A program made the translations under genes and the position numbers. DNA of 64,000 bases from positions 54,374,001-54,438,000 of the forward strand of contig NC_043006.1 in NCBI RefSeq assembly GCF_006345805.1. Reading direction: 5' to 3'. This document shows, piece after piece, positions 37,926 through 51,421 of the stretch. This DNA is from Octopus sinensis (Eukaryota). Numbering within the stretch: position 1 is the stretch's first letter; every line of letters starts with the position of its first letter. A model generated the notes under the pieces. It ran no database searches. It was not told where the DNA came from and was given only the letters and a program-made list of their open reading frames with translations.

Positions 37926-38297
37926 TTTACTCTTTTACTTGTTTCCGTCATTTGACTGTGGCCATGCTGGAGCACCGCCTTTAGTCGTGCAAATCGACCC
38001 TGGGACTTATTCTTTGTAAGCCCAGTACTTATTCTATCGGTCTCTTTTGTCGAACCGCTAAGTGACGGTGACGTAAACACACCAGCATTGGTTGTCAAGC
38101 AATGCTAGAGGGACAAACGCAGACACACAAACATCACACACATACATATATACATATATACGACAGGCTTCTTTCATTATCCGTCTACCAAATCCACTCA
38201 CATGGCTTTGGTCGGCCCGGGGCTATAGCAGAAGACACTTACCCAAGATGCCATGTGGTTGGTTAGCAAGCTACTTACCACACAGCCACTCCTGCAC
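37926..38297 (-). mobile_element. Family A SINE
   Basis: Reverse-complement copy with a small deletion in the head. Confidence 0.88.
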
Positions 38298-38547
38298 CTT
38301 TGTACAAATTCTTTTGATTTCATTACATTGTCATCATCTGGTTCATAATTACTTGTGTGTTCAGTAGCTGTATATTTTAACTTCATAAAAATATCCATTA
38401 GTTCTCATGTAAGTATCTGTAAATTAAGGGTAAGATTAATATGTGTATATAGATTATAACTTCCTGTTTATTTATTTTCTTGTTTTAGGAAGAATGTAGA
38501 ATAAATGATTTGATTGGTTAATAAAATAATGTTAGAGTAAGAATATA

Positions 38548-39607
38548 CAGTGCTCCCTCTTTAAAAGGCGTCTCACTATACCGTGTCTCCACATATAATG
38601 CGGGTGGTTTGATGGACCCCAAATAACTTGAAGCAGAATTTCCATCATTATCGCTCACAACTTGCAAAAATCTTGATCAAAAGCAGAATTTCAGCGAATT
38701 TCAATAAAATACATACCTTAACCAACAGCTTGAAAATATTGCAATTGGTTACCATGTAATTGGGTGCCAATTATAGGTTTCGTTGATTTTGTAATGAAAA
38801 CAACACCTTTTTGACTGGTGAGTGCTTTTGACAGCTTGTTTTCCATGATTTGATTGGATTGTTTGGAGAAGCTTCAGCCAATCAAAGGGTTTGAATGAGT
38901 GAAACAAATTGATATTAAACATACTTTTAAGGGCTTTCAAATCATTCACTAGGTGGCATGACATCAAAAATGCAATGTAAAAGCATTTCATAAGTATTTA
39001 TTGAAAATTCTTATTTTATAGTCAATAGGAAGTAAACAATGTAAATATTTTTTTTAAGTTGTTGTAAGTGCTTGATATTTTGTAATAATAAATGTTAAAC
39101 TTGATTGAATATGTTTATTTTTTCTGTTCGTGCACTTTACTAATCAAACCAAATATCTCATTTTCTTCTATTATCACCTGCCGCACCCCCAAACAGGATA
39201 TAGTTGATTTTCTTAGACCCCCCCTCCATCAACCGCCCTATAAAGAGGGAACACTGTGGGAGGAGGAGCACTCCGTCAGTTCCGACAACGAGGGTCCCAG
39301 GTGATACGATCAACGGAACAGCTTGCTCATGAAATTAACGTGCAAGTGGCTGAGCACTCCACAGACTCGTGTACCCTTAATGTAGTTCTCGGGAAGATTC
39401 AGCATGACACAGTGTGTGTCAAGTCCGGCCCTTTGAAATACAGGTACTACTCATTTTTGCCAGCTGAGTGGACTGGAGCAACGTGAAATAAAGTGTCTTG
39501 CTCAAGGACACAATGCGCTGCCGGGAATTGAACTCACGACCTTACGATCATGAGCCAAATGCCCCTAACCACTAAGCCACGCACCTTCACACTGAGAGGG
39601 AACACTG
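38548..39607. mobile_element. Tc1/pogo(Tigger)-type non-autonomous DNA transposon
   Basis: TA|cagtgctccctctttaaaaggcg ... cgccctataaagagggaacactg|ta. The right TIR is interrupted by a SINE. Confidence 0.78.
39258..39594 (-). mobile_element. tRNA/CORE-like SINE with a distinct 3' module
   Basis: Family-C-like head; 14-bp TSD agagggaacactgt (39244-39257, 39595-39608). Confidence 0.88.
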
Positions 39608-40140
39608 TAATATAAAATTAAACTACAAACAGAAGATTTTAAATAATATAGGTATTTATCCAAAATCAAATCTATCTATCTGATTCTCCTCTCTCTCTCA
39701 ATTAATTTTGAGTCAGTTTAACCGTGGAAAATTTTTGTATATCATAACTACGTCAATATAAGCAAATTATATTCTGGTGAAATGCTGCATGTACTATTAA
39801 ATATTATATTATATATTGATTGGTTTAAAATTTATGGTGTCACAGTAATTGCAAATTTAACACTAATTAAAGGTACTATCATTATTTAACATAATCAAGG
39901 TGGCAAGCTGACAAAATTCTTAGCATGTTGGGAAAAAAATGTTTAGCAGCATTTATTCTAACACTTAAATATTTTGAGTTCAAACCCCTTTTAGGTCAAC
40001 TTCACCTTTCATCCTCTGAAAGTTGATATTACAAGTACAAGTCAAACACTTGTCAATGTAGTGGACTCGTCATTTCCCTCTAAAATTGCTGGCTTTGTGC
40101 CGAAATTTGCAAACATTATTTAACATAATTAAGAAGGTTA

Positions 40141-40323
40141 CTACCTTTCCTCTCCTGTCAAATGTTCATTGTAAACATTAGCAATTGTGAAGTCCATCTC
40201 TTTCATGACCCCAATTAAAATCCTATTGTAAACACTATCAAAACTTTGGTTTTCTTCCATAGACTTTCCTATCATAGATGTCAGATGAGGTGTTTTGCAA
40301 TTTCTTTCTTGGCCAACTAGCAC
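40141..40323 (-). mobile_element. Possible LINE apurinic-endonuclease remnant
   Basis: ..VYNRILIGVMKEMDFTIANVYNEH resembles the APE segment RIL....FTIINVYAP. Confidence 0.4.
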
Positions 40324-41409
40324 AGATGATATACTTTCTTATCACAGATGTGAGATTGAGGTGCACAGAATAACTTAGCTCAGTTAGATGCACATGATCA
40401 CCACAGTCATTGTATGTGATTTAAACTCAAGATCTTACTATCACACTGATTAATACATATTTGTTTTAGGTTAAGGATTAAAATTAAGATGGTGGGAGCA
40501 GAAAAAGAAAAAGCCCTGTATGAAAATTCTCATCTCATAACCTTATTTCCTAAATAATCTTCCAAACATTCCTTGCAGCCATTTCTCTCCTACTTCACTG
40601 GCTTTAAGAACAGAGGTAAAAGAGGGGAAAGTGAGGAAGAAATATGGGGCTTCTTAGCAATTTACTATATCAATCAGGGTGAAATATTTAGTAGGTCAAT
40701 TAAAAAAAACAAGAAAATAGTCAGCAGACAGAAGTGAGGGGTGAAGTGGGGCAGCATATGTGGAGGGGTTAGGGAGACATGATTGAAATGATATAAGTGG
40801 TACATTTAGTTATGCCCCGTGGCAGGATTTACTTTGTCACTTCAGTACCTGGGATCTCTAAATAACCTGAACTACTGCCCCTATTTTATAGGGCCCTTTT
40901 TTTCTCAACTAATAAGTTCATGAGAAATATTGTCTTATCACTTCTTTTTCTTTTTCCTTCTCTGCCCTGCTTTCCACGAATATTAGGATCTTTAAAGAAC
41001 ATGTGATAATGATGAACTGGGGCTAATGATATTGTTGTCTAAAGTACACAGGTAGTGTCACGAATGTCAACAAGACCAATCACCTTCTCCATCTTCATCA
41101 TTTTATAATGAACCTTTCTACATAAACATAATAGTATTTAATAAAATATTCTGGGCAAAATTTTTTTTTTAAGTAAGTACACGAGTCAATACATTCAACT
41201 AAAAATTCAAGGTGGTGCCACAGTCTAATGACTCAAACAAGTGAAAGAAAGATATATGAAGTATCCTTAAACATTGTGTGTGTGTGTGTGTGTGTGCATA
41301 GTATTTAAAAAGGTTCTGAGAGTACATAAAGTATTTAATAAAATATGTTGAATATGCACACAGTAATAAAATATTGAAGTATATAAAGTATTTTAGGAAA
41401 ACCTGAGTA

Positions 41410-42141
41410 TCTTTTACCTGTTTCACTCATTGGACTGTGGTCATGCTGGAGCACTGCCTTGAAGGGTTTACTTAAATAAATTGACCCCAGTACTTATTTT
41501 TAAGTTTGGTACTTATTCAACTGGTCTTTTTCACCAAACTGCTAAGGGATGTAAACAAACCAATATCAGCTATCAAGCATGGTGTGGGACAAACATTACA
41601 CACAATAGGCTTTCATGCAGTGGGACTGAACCTAAAAACATATGATTGGGACGCTAAATCCTTAACAAAGCTATGCTTGCGCCTCCACAGCCATGCCTGT
41701 GCCTGTATACATTTCAATGCAATATTCTGAGGTATACAATATATGATGAAGCCCTAAGTATAGCTTTTATCTTTTCATTTACTTTTGACTGCAGCAATGC
41801 TGGGGCACCACCCTGAAGGGTATTAGCTGAATAAATTACCCCCAGGGCTTATTTTTTTAAAAGCTGGGTCCTTCTATCAGTCTCATTTGTTGAACTGTTA
41901 AATGACAGGGGAATAAATGCCAACACTGGTTGTCAAGCAGTGGTGGGACACACACAAACACAAAGACATACACACATATATATATTCAACAGGCTTCTTT
42001 CAGTTTCTATCTACCAAATCCACACACAAGGCTTTGGTTGGCTTGAGGCTACAAGTAGAAAACACTTTGCTCAAGGTGCCATGCAGTGGGACTGAACCTG
42101 GGACCATGTGATTGAGGAGAAGGTTTCTTATCATACAGCCA
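41410..42141 (-). mobile_element. Two diverged family A SINEs in tandem (41410-41702, 41765-42141)
   Basis: Tail, centre and head motifs recognisable on the minus strand. Confidence 0.75.
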
Positions 42142-42484
42142 CAGAGTATTTGATTAAATAGGCTGAATATATGAAATATGAAGTCTTAGTGAAACATTCT
42201 CAGTATTGCTATATAAATTCTATGTTAGAAAATATATACATGAAAGGAGACTGCACTCATACTGAGAAGTAAGATATATAAATGATGAAAGCTGGATGAA
42301 GAAATCCCAGACATTTTAAGTAGAGGGAACTTGTGAAAGAGAAAGACTGACAAGGAGTACATGGGTAGATGTGGTGACACCTACAAAGAGACAACAAACA
42401 CAATAAGCAGTGAGATACTGTGTTGGAGAAAAGTGGCCCAACTTACGTAAGCATGGTAAACATGTGAAACTGATGATGTTGTCA

Positions 42485-42516
<32 letters not shown>

Positions 42517-42780
42517 GTCTTTATATATATCATCATTTAATGTCTATGTTCCATAGAGAGTGACAAAAAAAAAAGATAGAAATTTATTTTTAGAATGACA
42601 TTGTTGAGTAGGTGTGAGAGGCCAGATATGATCAATTTTAACATCAAACAGGTAGAATATTTAGGCTGGATATGGCTGGTTTAAATGCTAAAGGATCAGC
42701 CTGCAACAATAGTTGGTATCAGTGCATGTAGCTATATACACTGGTGCCAGTGTATATAGCATTATAGAATAGAGTTGTAG

Positions 42781-43010
42781 AGCGGTGAGCTGGCAGAAAC
42801 GTTAGCACGCCGGGCGAAATGCTTAGTGGTATTTCGTCTGTCATTACATTCTGAGTTCAAATTCCGCCGAGATCGACTTTGCCTTTCATCCTTTCAGGGT
42901 CAATAAATTAAGTACCAGTTATGCACTGGGGTCGATGTAATCAACTTAATCCCTTTGTCCTTGTTTGTCCCCTCTATGTTTAGCCCCGTGTGAGCAATAA
43001 AGAAATAAGA
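42781..43010 (+). mobile_element. Family B SINE, full length, young
   Basis: gcggtgagctggcagaaacgttagc ... gcaataaagaaataagaa. Flanked by agaatagagttgta / agaatagaattgta, a likely TSD. Confidence 0.9.
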
Positions 43011-46000
43011 ATAGAATTGTAAATGTTCAATGAAGCTATGCTCCAACTGGGTTTTGTGACTCATATATGAACCCTTACATATGACAGAGTCATAACAAAG
43101 AAAATAAAGCAATATCAAGTAGAAAACAATACCAGTAGTTCATGTTTCAATTCTGCCTAATGAGAAATTATAGCATCACTTCTGCTCTCTTTGAAATATA
43201 AATATCCAATTTATTCTTAAGTGGATTGTAAATTCATTACTTTTGACAAATACATAATAAATCTACGTCAGAAATATTAGGTACCTCATCTAGCTCTCTG
43301 TTGGCTCAAAGTTCACCATCTGGAACTGCTCTTTATGTGTGTGTATGTGAGAGAGTTTAACAAACCAGCTTTATGTCTCTTTATAATCTCTAACAAAACA
43401 ATAAACACTCTGTAAGTTACATTAACACTGAAAAGCTAACAAATTTCTGTGATTATAATTATTTTAATAATGGTAGTTAATAATTAATGAATTTCCTGCT
43501 ATACAAGATGTAGGTATGGCAGAGTAGCAAAGAAGCTCACTTCCCAGTCATACTAACTAACTAACATATGTCTTAAGGTTCAGTCCCACTGTGTGGTACC
43601 TTGGGCAAGTTGTCTTCTACCACAACTAAGGCCTTGTTGATTTAGCAAACAAGAACTGAAAGAAGCCTACTATGTGTGTGTGTTTCTCCAAAATCTCTGA
43701 GCTATAAGTGATAACATCATTGTTTTCCCTATCAACAAATCATTCACTGGTGTGGTGTCTTTGAAGACATATACAATAAGAGGTCCCTTGAAAAATAAGT
43801 AAGAGTTAGTGACAGGAAGGGCATCCAGTATTGTTTTACAATGCCTCAATAATATATCTGTCTATCCCAAGTTAGCATTAAAAAACAAATGATGTCATCG
43901 TCATCATCATCATCATTATTGATTTAATGTCTCCTTTTCTACACTCAGAAGAGAGTACATTGCTGCAGAGGTTTTTTTTTACAGCCAGTTGCCCTTTCTG
44001 TTGCCAACTTTCTTTATTTCCAAGTGACATAATGACCTTACTGTCTATCAAACATAACACTAATTTAATGAGCTTAATGTTTACAAAAATCACTCAACAT
44101 ATCAGAACATGTCAAGAAGCTTGGACATGTTTCATGGTAAACTTCAAGCAAACAACACTGTCAGGAGGCTGTTGTTTATATATACAATAGGTTTCTTTCA
44201 GTTTCTAGTTTCCATCCACCATGTCCCCTCACAAAGCTTTGGTTTGCTCAGAGTAGAAGGTGCCAGACTGGAATTGAACCCAAAACCATGTCATTGAGAA
44301 GCAAACTTCTTAAGTACTCAACTATACCTGTGCCTCCCCGCAAAAAAACAACAACAAAACAAAAAAAAACATGTATATAGGCGAATACAGGTATATCAAA
44401 TCCTATACAACACAAGTTCCTAATTCATTAAAACAATCTTCACCTCTAGAGGATGTGTCATAATTTCCAAATAGCAATTAAGGCCAGCTCTGTATGAGAA
44501 GAGGAGGTATCTTCAAGACTTAGGAATTATCTAAATTTGACATGTCTTTATGGAAAAGGATAGATTTTTTTTGGAAATAAGAGGACAGTTGTGGACACAT
44601 GTTTTTGCTTCAAAAGGTATTATCAGCAGGGCAACTGACAAAAGAAACCCAACCACAGCTACCATAGGCTTCTATATAGCTGTCTACTGGAAATAGCAGC
44701 CAATTTCCTTCCACTCACATTCTACAAGCTTTAAAAAAAAATAAAAGGACGCATTGGATAATGTGGTTTTAGATGTGTTTATTACTTCTGAATAAAAGAT
44801 AGGGTGATTACAGCTGGAATGTCATTGCCCATTGGTTTACTGGCTGGACCAGGACTTATTTGGACCTATGCTAGTCTGTGTGATTTACAGTGTCCATTCT
44901 ACTGGATTTGTCTGCTCCATCTCTTCAGCTCCTCCATTCTTCTGGCGGTTTTTTTGAGACATGGATAACAACTGGAAAGGAAGAAAAAGAAAAACATAAA
45001 TGGTCATTGAAATACTCTTTTAATAACTGTTGCTGCTGCTACTGCTGTTGCTACTGCTACTACTACTACTACTAAAAATAATAATTCTATTATATGCACA
45101 AAATCTGAAATTTTGTGGGAGGAAGTTAACTAATTACATTTACCCTAAGGCTGAACTGGTATTCATTTTATTGACCCTGGAAAGATGAAAGGCAAATTCA
45201 ACTACAGCAGCATTTGAATAACATCAACAACATCAACAATAATCCCTTATTTTCCATACTAATACAAGCTACACAGTTGTGTAGTACATCTTACCCAACA
45301 TAAACCATCCACTTGCAGATGTTCATTCCCAATACAATGTCTCTTTTCCAGTCTGCCTCTGTATCAAACAGTGTTTCTCAACTCACTCAAAATTTCTTGC
45401 AAATGCATCAGAAAGATTACACATACCTCTTCATATTTGTTTTACTACTTAGTCAGGCAGAGAATGGCTTGTCTTTAATCGTTTAGCATTCAGACTATTC
45501 TGTCAAATGTAACATGTATTTATTCACATTAGAAGTTAGATAGATGTAAGGGTTTTATGGAGACCAGTCTGAAACGATGGCTGTTATCGATTGGTGTTCA
45601 ACATCGGCAAGCAAATGCCATTTTGAGGAAGATCCAAGCAACTGTGAGAGGGCCAGCCATTGAATATGGCTGGAAAGGAATGATGAAACCTGGCTGGGGA
45701 GGTGATGATCTGGAAATGGACTTTTGATCAAATACCAGTCAGTCAAAACAGTAGGCGGGACGGACTGCACATCAGTGAGGGGGATCAGTTTGTCACAGGG
45801 TTAACTTCCCAGCTATTTGCTGGAACTAATTTATAACTGAGTGGACTAGAAGAATGTGAAACAAAGCATTTTGCTCAAAAGCACAACACATTGTCTGATT
45901 TTAGAATCTTAAGATCGCAAGTGCAACGCTCTAATCACTAGGCCATGTGCTTTCACCCACTACCCCAAGCTGGTACTTAATTAATCCAAAAAGGATGAAG

Positions 46001-46989
46001 AGCAGAGTTGATCTTACTCGAATTTGTACTCAGAGCACAGAAAGCCAGAAAAATTACCAAAAGGCACCTTGTCCTGAATTTTAATGACTACAAATTTGCT
46101 ATCTACACATCTGTATAGATATAGATAAACTTCTCTCTTTTTTTAATTATGTACAAAGAAATCCTTTGTTGCTAAAAGCATGTTAGTCCCTAAACATCTC
46201 TTCACTCCCTCCTCTGTGGACCTAGTCTGCCTAAAACACCAAATAATCCGTAATAGAACCTATGTACCACTTAGTGGAACATGATTTTATATAACAGTAA
46301 TGTCAATTTTTCTGTTTTACAGTACATTCCAACATTATATATATATATGTATATACATAAAAAGAGGCTCTACATGGGCCACTCAACTTATTTGTAATAG
46401 CAACCAAATTTCTCTTGAATTTTATGTGGTTGCCCTATAAAAGGACATTTTACATAATATATTCTTAGATAGTAGATCTGGTAGACAGAAGCTGAAAGAA
46501 GCCCGTCATGTGTGTGTGTGCATGTGCATTCTGTATCTTTTTTCTTACCACTATGTGACAGTTGTAAAAGAGTATCACCTTCTTACAGGCAGTGTCATTT
46601 GTATTCAATCATCTGTGAAAACATGATCAACCATGGAGAAATAACATTACCTAATGTTACTTACCAGCATCTGACAATTCCTATCTTAGTTTCTTTCTTA
46701 TAATGGCATCATGTGAGTTCAGTCAAAACACAAAAACACATACATTCTAACAGACACCACATTTAAAACATTGATGCTGAAGATGTGTACATATACATAC
46801 ATGTGTATGTATACCCATATGTATGCATATAAATATATACAATACTTCGAATTTACATATAATCACACATGAATACACTAACACATGTTATTCTATTTTT
46901 CTAATACCATTTTCAGTCAGAGTCTGTGGCCATGCTGGAGCACTGCCATAAGGATTAATGCTTGTTTATTTTAGACTCATTCTCTGGAA

Positions 46990-47600
46990 TTATGGTGTAG
47001 TAGTGAGTAGGACAGAGTTGCCCTTCTTTGCATTTCTTGCTATGGTGTGAGTTCATCTAGTATATCAAATAAAAATTTGTCTAATTGTTCCTTAAGTACA
47101 TCCACTCCTAGTAGATCTCTAAGGAGTATAGCACAAAACCCCTTAGAAAAAAAACCTTTAGGACAAAAAGCAAAACAAAAAAAAAAGGCAATTTTGAAAT
47201 CATAATTTTTATTAGTATTTTTATAGCTTAAGAACCCTTCTCTTAGATATAAAATATTACATTCATCATATAATAACCCCAATCACAAAAATGAGCATAA
47301 TAAAAAGAACATCAAACCATATCTTTGAAAAATTTAAATGAACACATTATTGACATCCTCATTAAGTGTTGAGATTCATACCCTACACCATGCAGAAATT
47401 CCTCTATGGTCTTGTCCAGACCCCATCTCTGAGGACTCGTGGCAAGGTGTTGAAAAGTTGTGGGCCTTTTGATTGCTAAGCTGTTATCTTGTTGAATCCT
47501 TATTCCACAACATAGAGGGTGGGATATGTGGTACAATGCAGCAATGTCCAGTTTGATGACTGGTGTAGCTTTCAATCCCATCCCATATGTAAACAATTGT
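46990..47600 (-). mobile_element. Two degraded CR1-like LINE 3' ends
   Basis: LRDLLGVDVLKEQLDKFLFDILDELTP and KGPQLFNTLPRVLRD. Confidence 0.65.
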
Positions 47601-47656
47601 TAAAGCATAAACTTGATAATGTAGGTAATATCTTATTTCTGGTTATCCATTTGCAG

Positions 47657-47775
47657 AGAACTGGATTATACTTTGGGTATATTCCAAAGTATTGGTTTCA
47701 AAGAATTCCATGAATATCTCATCATGAGTGAAGAAGAAAGAAATACAAAGAAAGGAGATCAACTTTTTAATGAAG
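47657..47775 (+). CDS. TRIT1: Next coding exon of tRNA dimethylallyltransferase
   Basis: Acceptor ttatccatttgcag, donor gtttgt, 119 bp. It joins the previous exon in frame (at+a = Ile) and reads IELDYTLGIFQSIGFKEFHEYLIMSEEERNTKKGDQLFNE(G), containing the hallmark GIFQSIGFKEFH motif. Confidence 0.96.
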
Positions 47776-48084
47776 GTTTGTCATTTATATATCTGGTTTT
47801 GTCTTTTGCCCTTTTTGAATTTTTGTCATGATTTTATTATAATTCCTTTAGGTTGTTGTTGCTGTTGTAAAAACACACAAAGAGCCTCAATGTGGTGTTC
47901 AAACCCTCTAGAAATAGTTACCAAATCTCATTTAAATTGCAAGTGGACATTGATAAACAAAACAATGTGATGGTTACAATTGGAATGTCTTTGATCATAG
48001 ATGTGGGCTAAACATCATCATTATCATCATCAATAACAACAGCAAGTAATACTTATAAGTATAATAGTACTTATTGTATGTCTA

Positions 48085-48649
48085 TCTTATATATTAAAAG
48101 GCAAGTTGTCTGTTTGTATGTGTGACGTGTGAATCACTTCTACTCCTACAATTTTCAACCGAATTTCACCAAATTTGACATGAGTGCTCTCTTTGACTTA
48201 GGATGATTTTCCTTATAATTTTTTCCTCAAAATTCTGCTCCTCCCACATAAATACACTACTCTCAATTCACCTAGGATTTGGCTTGAGCCAGTGAAAAAA
48301 TGTGACACAGCTGGAAAAAATCAATACTTTACTTTGTCAGCTGTTGCAAGCTCAACCACACGGTGACCAAATGTCTGCAAAGTTTGCACAGGATATTTTG
48401 ACACTTGGTGATAGCAAGGTGCTTCTCAATGCTGCAGGAGAAATGGAAGTGTGGCCATTTTCCTCTATTGCTTGACAACAGATGTTGGTATGTTTACATC
48501 CCCATAAATTAACAACTTCACAAAAGAGACTGATAGAATGAGTACTTGGGGTCAATTCAGTAATGCCACAGTCAAATGTTTGAAACAAGTAAAAGATAAT
48601 AAAAAAGTATGCCATTTCAATGCCAAGCAACTCCGGGTATCTCTGCTAG
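48085..48649 (+). mobile_element. Non-autonomous Helitron-like element containing a family A SINE 3' fragment (about 48470-48600)
   Basis: A|TCttatatattaaaagg start; gccaagcaactccggg hairpin remnant then CTAG|T. Confidence 0.75.
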
Positions 48650-49016
48650 TTATTGTATATATAGTTTGATAGAGCCAAAGAGAATGATGTAGTTTGCAGT
48701 TGAACTTTACTTGACCATCTGCACTTGGAATTACTGTCTATATTGTCGCAATGAGTGCATGTTGCTGTTGTTATAGCTCCAAGCCATCTCTGATCCAACA
48801 GACCAATGGTCAAAGCATTCCAGCTATGAGCATCCCATTAATTTAAGGTCAGGTTGGACATGTATTTTTTCGTTCTTTAAGAAAGTATGATGTGATTTGA
48901 GGAAGCTTTGCTATTTCTAGCATGTCAAGCAACTTTGTAGAAGTTCTCTTAGGTACAAGTATATACTTCCTGGCAATTTGTTCTTTAGCAAGCCCTTCAA
49001 TGAAACAGTTGTTTAA

Positions 49017-49206
49017 CACCTTTATTACTATATTTCTCTTGAAGTATGCTGTCTATGATTTAATTAATTTTGAAAATAATGTTGGATTTAGTAAATTAAC
49101 TTGGTCTAGAACAAAATCTACATGAAATTTTGATGGAAGATTTTTAAAACAGGAAGTTTATATTCCAGAAGTAGAGGCAACCTCAGGTGGTTTGGCATCA
49201 AATGGG
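49017..49206. mobile_element. TTAA-flanked MITE (second piggyBac-type family)
   Basis: ttaa at 49013-49016 and 49207-49210; degenerate TIR cacctttattac / ggcatcaaatggg. Confidence 0.45.
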
Positions 49207-50149
49207 TTAAAGTGTCACTGTTTTATGAGAGATGCTGACACAAGAAATGAATAGATACTGTAACATCTTAGTGGGAAACTATAGTAAGTGAATTATAATT
49301 AACAGGACTAAAGGTTGTTGTCTACTCCCCAGCTAGCCCTGATATATATACTTGGATGAAGATCCTTCTTCCAGCTGTGACCATCTTGCCTATTTAGGGC
49401 TATATAATCCAGTGTGTCTTGTTTTTGAGTTAGTGGAGTATGACTTGAAAGATATTCAGTTACTGTTTTTAGCAAATGAAGAAACTGTGTAGTGTTAGTT
49501 TTCCTCCTATGAGAAAGTTAATGATTGGAAGGGCCCCTAACTGTAGAAACCATGTCAAGCCCTAAAATGTGAGACATGATCCCTGACTCATCTAGGAAGG
49601 CAGTAACTTCAAATAAGAACTGACCTGTGATGAATCATCTTACAATGCCTTAATGGAAAAGCAGATGTAAAAATGATGAAGATGATACTTATGATGTTGG
49701 TGGCTGGCAGTAGTTATGCCATATGAATACAGCCAGCCACAATCACACATGTTCTCTTTTTTACATAACATACACTCACCTGAACACAACTAAACACATA
49801 TGCATGCACACATACACACTAAATAGTTGTTTCTATTCAGAATTACGGTAAACACAGACAGTAGAGAAATGCCAATGAATGGAAACCACAAGGAATCTTT
49901 AGATAATCTATTCCTCATTCTACATATAATAGAAACCACACGCACACACACATAACTGCTAACTCCTTTGCCAGCTTTTATAATCTTTCTTGACAACATT
50001 CAGATGGTTGCCAGGTAGGTAGATACTGCTTGGCACAAGGGAATCCATATACATAAAAATAGCCTTTATATAACCACATAACCTATATAAAACACATACA
50101 TATATATATGTATAATTATAAACAGGGCAAATTTTTAGCCATTTCCCCA

Positions 50150-50223
50150 CAGAAAATGATGAACAATCTTAATCGATTTTCGAACCTTATTGGGTTCTCA
50201 TCAGAAGTGTCTATATCATTCTG
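50150..50223 (-). ncRNA. Minimal type-I hammerhead ribozyme with intact core
   Basis: gacactt-CTGATGA-gaacc caataa ggttc-GAAA-atcgat-TA-agattgttc. All core nucleotides are present, stem II is a perfect 5 bp, and stem III is the palindrome AATCGATT. Confidence 0.75.
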
Positions 50224-51421
50224 ACAGTCTCCAGAGAAACAAGTAGCCAAACATATATATATGCAAAGCACCCACGACACTCTTGGAGTGATTGGCGTTA
50301 GGAAGGGCATCCAGCTGTAGAAACTCTGCCAGATCAAGATTGAAACCTGGTGCAGCCATCTGGTTCACCAGCCCTCAGTCATTCGTCCAACCCATGCTAG
50401 CATGGAAAGCAGACGTTAAACGATGATGATCATGATGACACAGGGGTGTAGGCATGGCTTAGCCTAGATCAGATCTGATCTTGTAGAACTTGTGACCAAA
50501 CCCATCCAAATGTAACCACTTTCTCTTTTTATTCAGTCATTCTGTATCTAGGACTACATTATCCAAAGATAATATAAGTGTGATTTGGTGTGAATTTTGT
50601 TGCTGTTTCGAGCAGATTCCTGGCTCATAGATGAAATATATTTAAAATAGGTAAATACATTTTCATATGTACAGAGTTATTATTTAGTTATATGGTGTCT
50701 TATGTAACTTACATAATTTTGCAAACATATTGCTGGGCTACAAATAGTTATTGCAGAAGTGGCAGTGGTTGTTGCTACAGTTTTTAGTTTGTTTTAGCCA
50801 TCATAGCTTAAGCCATGCTTAGAGTAACATCTGATAGCAATAGAATAATTAAGTTCTGATGGTGTGGTTGGGATAGTGATGGTTTAATGGTGGTATCAGT
50901 GCTGGTGGCTGTGGCTTGGTGGTGGTGGTGGTGGTGGTGTTTGTGGGGGTTTCTGTAGAGCATCAAAATAAAGAGAGGTGGTCAGTGAAAGGGGTAGGTC
51001 TGATGATGCTGACATTTGGAAAGTTAGTTGATGGCCAGAATAAGGATGGAAGGGGGAGAAGTAAAAGGAAAGGAATGATACTAAGGATGTTGATGACACT
51101 TGATGTGGTGGTCACAATAATAATGGTGGGGCTCCTGACCCTGAACAAAGGCATCCTGTAGAAAACAACCAGTTTGGTTGGAGGTGGTGTCTGAAGTACT
51201 TTTTAAAAAACAATGTTAAAATGTCTCCTTCAGCTAAGTTACTCTCCCATTTATACATATATGTTTCATACACACTTACACACACTATATTCATACATAT
51301 AGACTTCATTTTTGTATTGATGTGAGCTCATGTGTTGAAACAGGATTTTGATTAATCATTGGATTAATCAATCAATCAATCAATGAAGCAAGCAAGCAAT
51401 CAAACAACAACAACAACAACA

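Larger units (their letters stand above)
27563..47656 (+). other. TRIT1: TRIT1 intron (20,094 bp, GT-AG, phase 2), filled with transposable elements
   Basis: Bounded by the two exons, whose peptides are contiguous in the family sequence. Confidence 0.88.
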
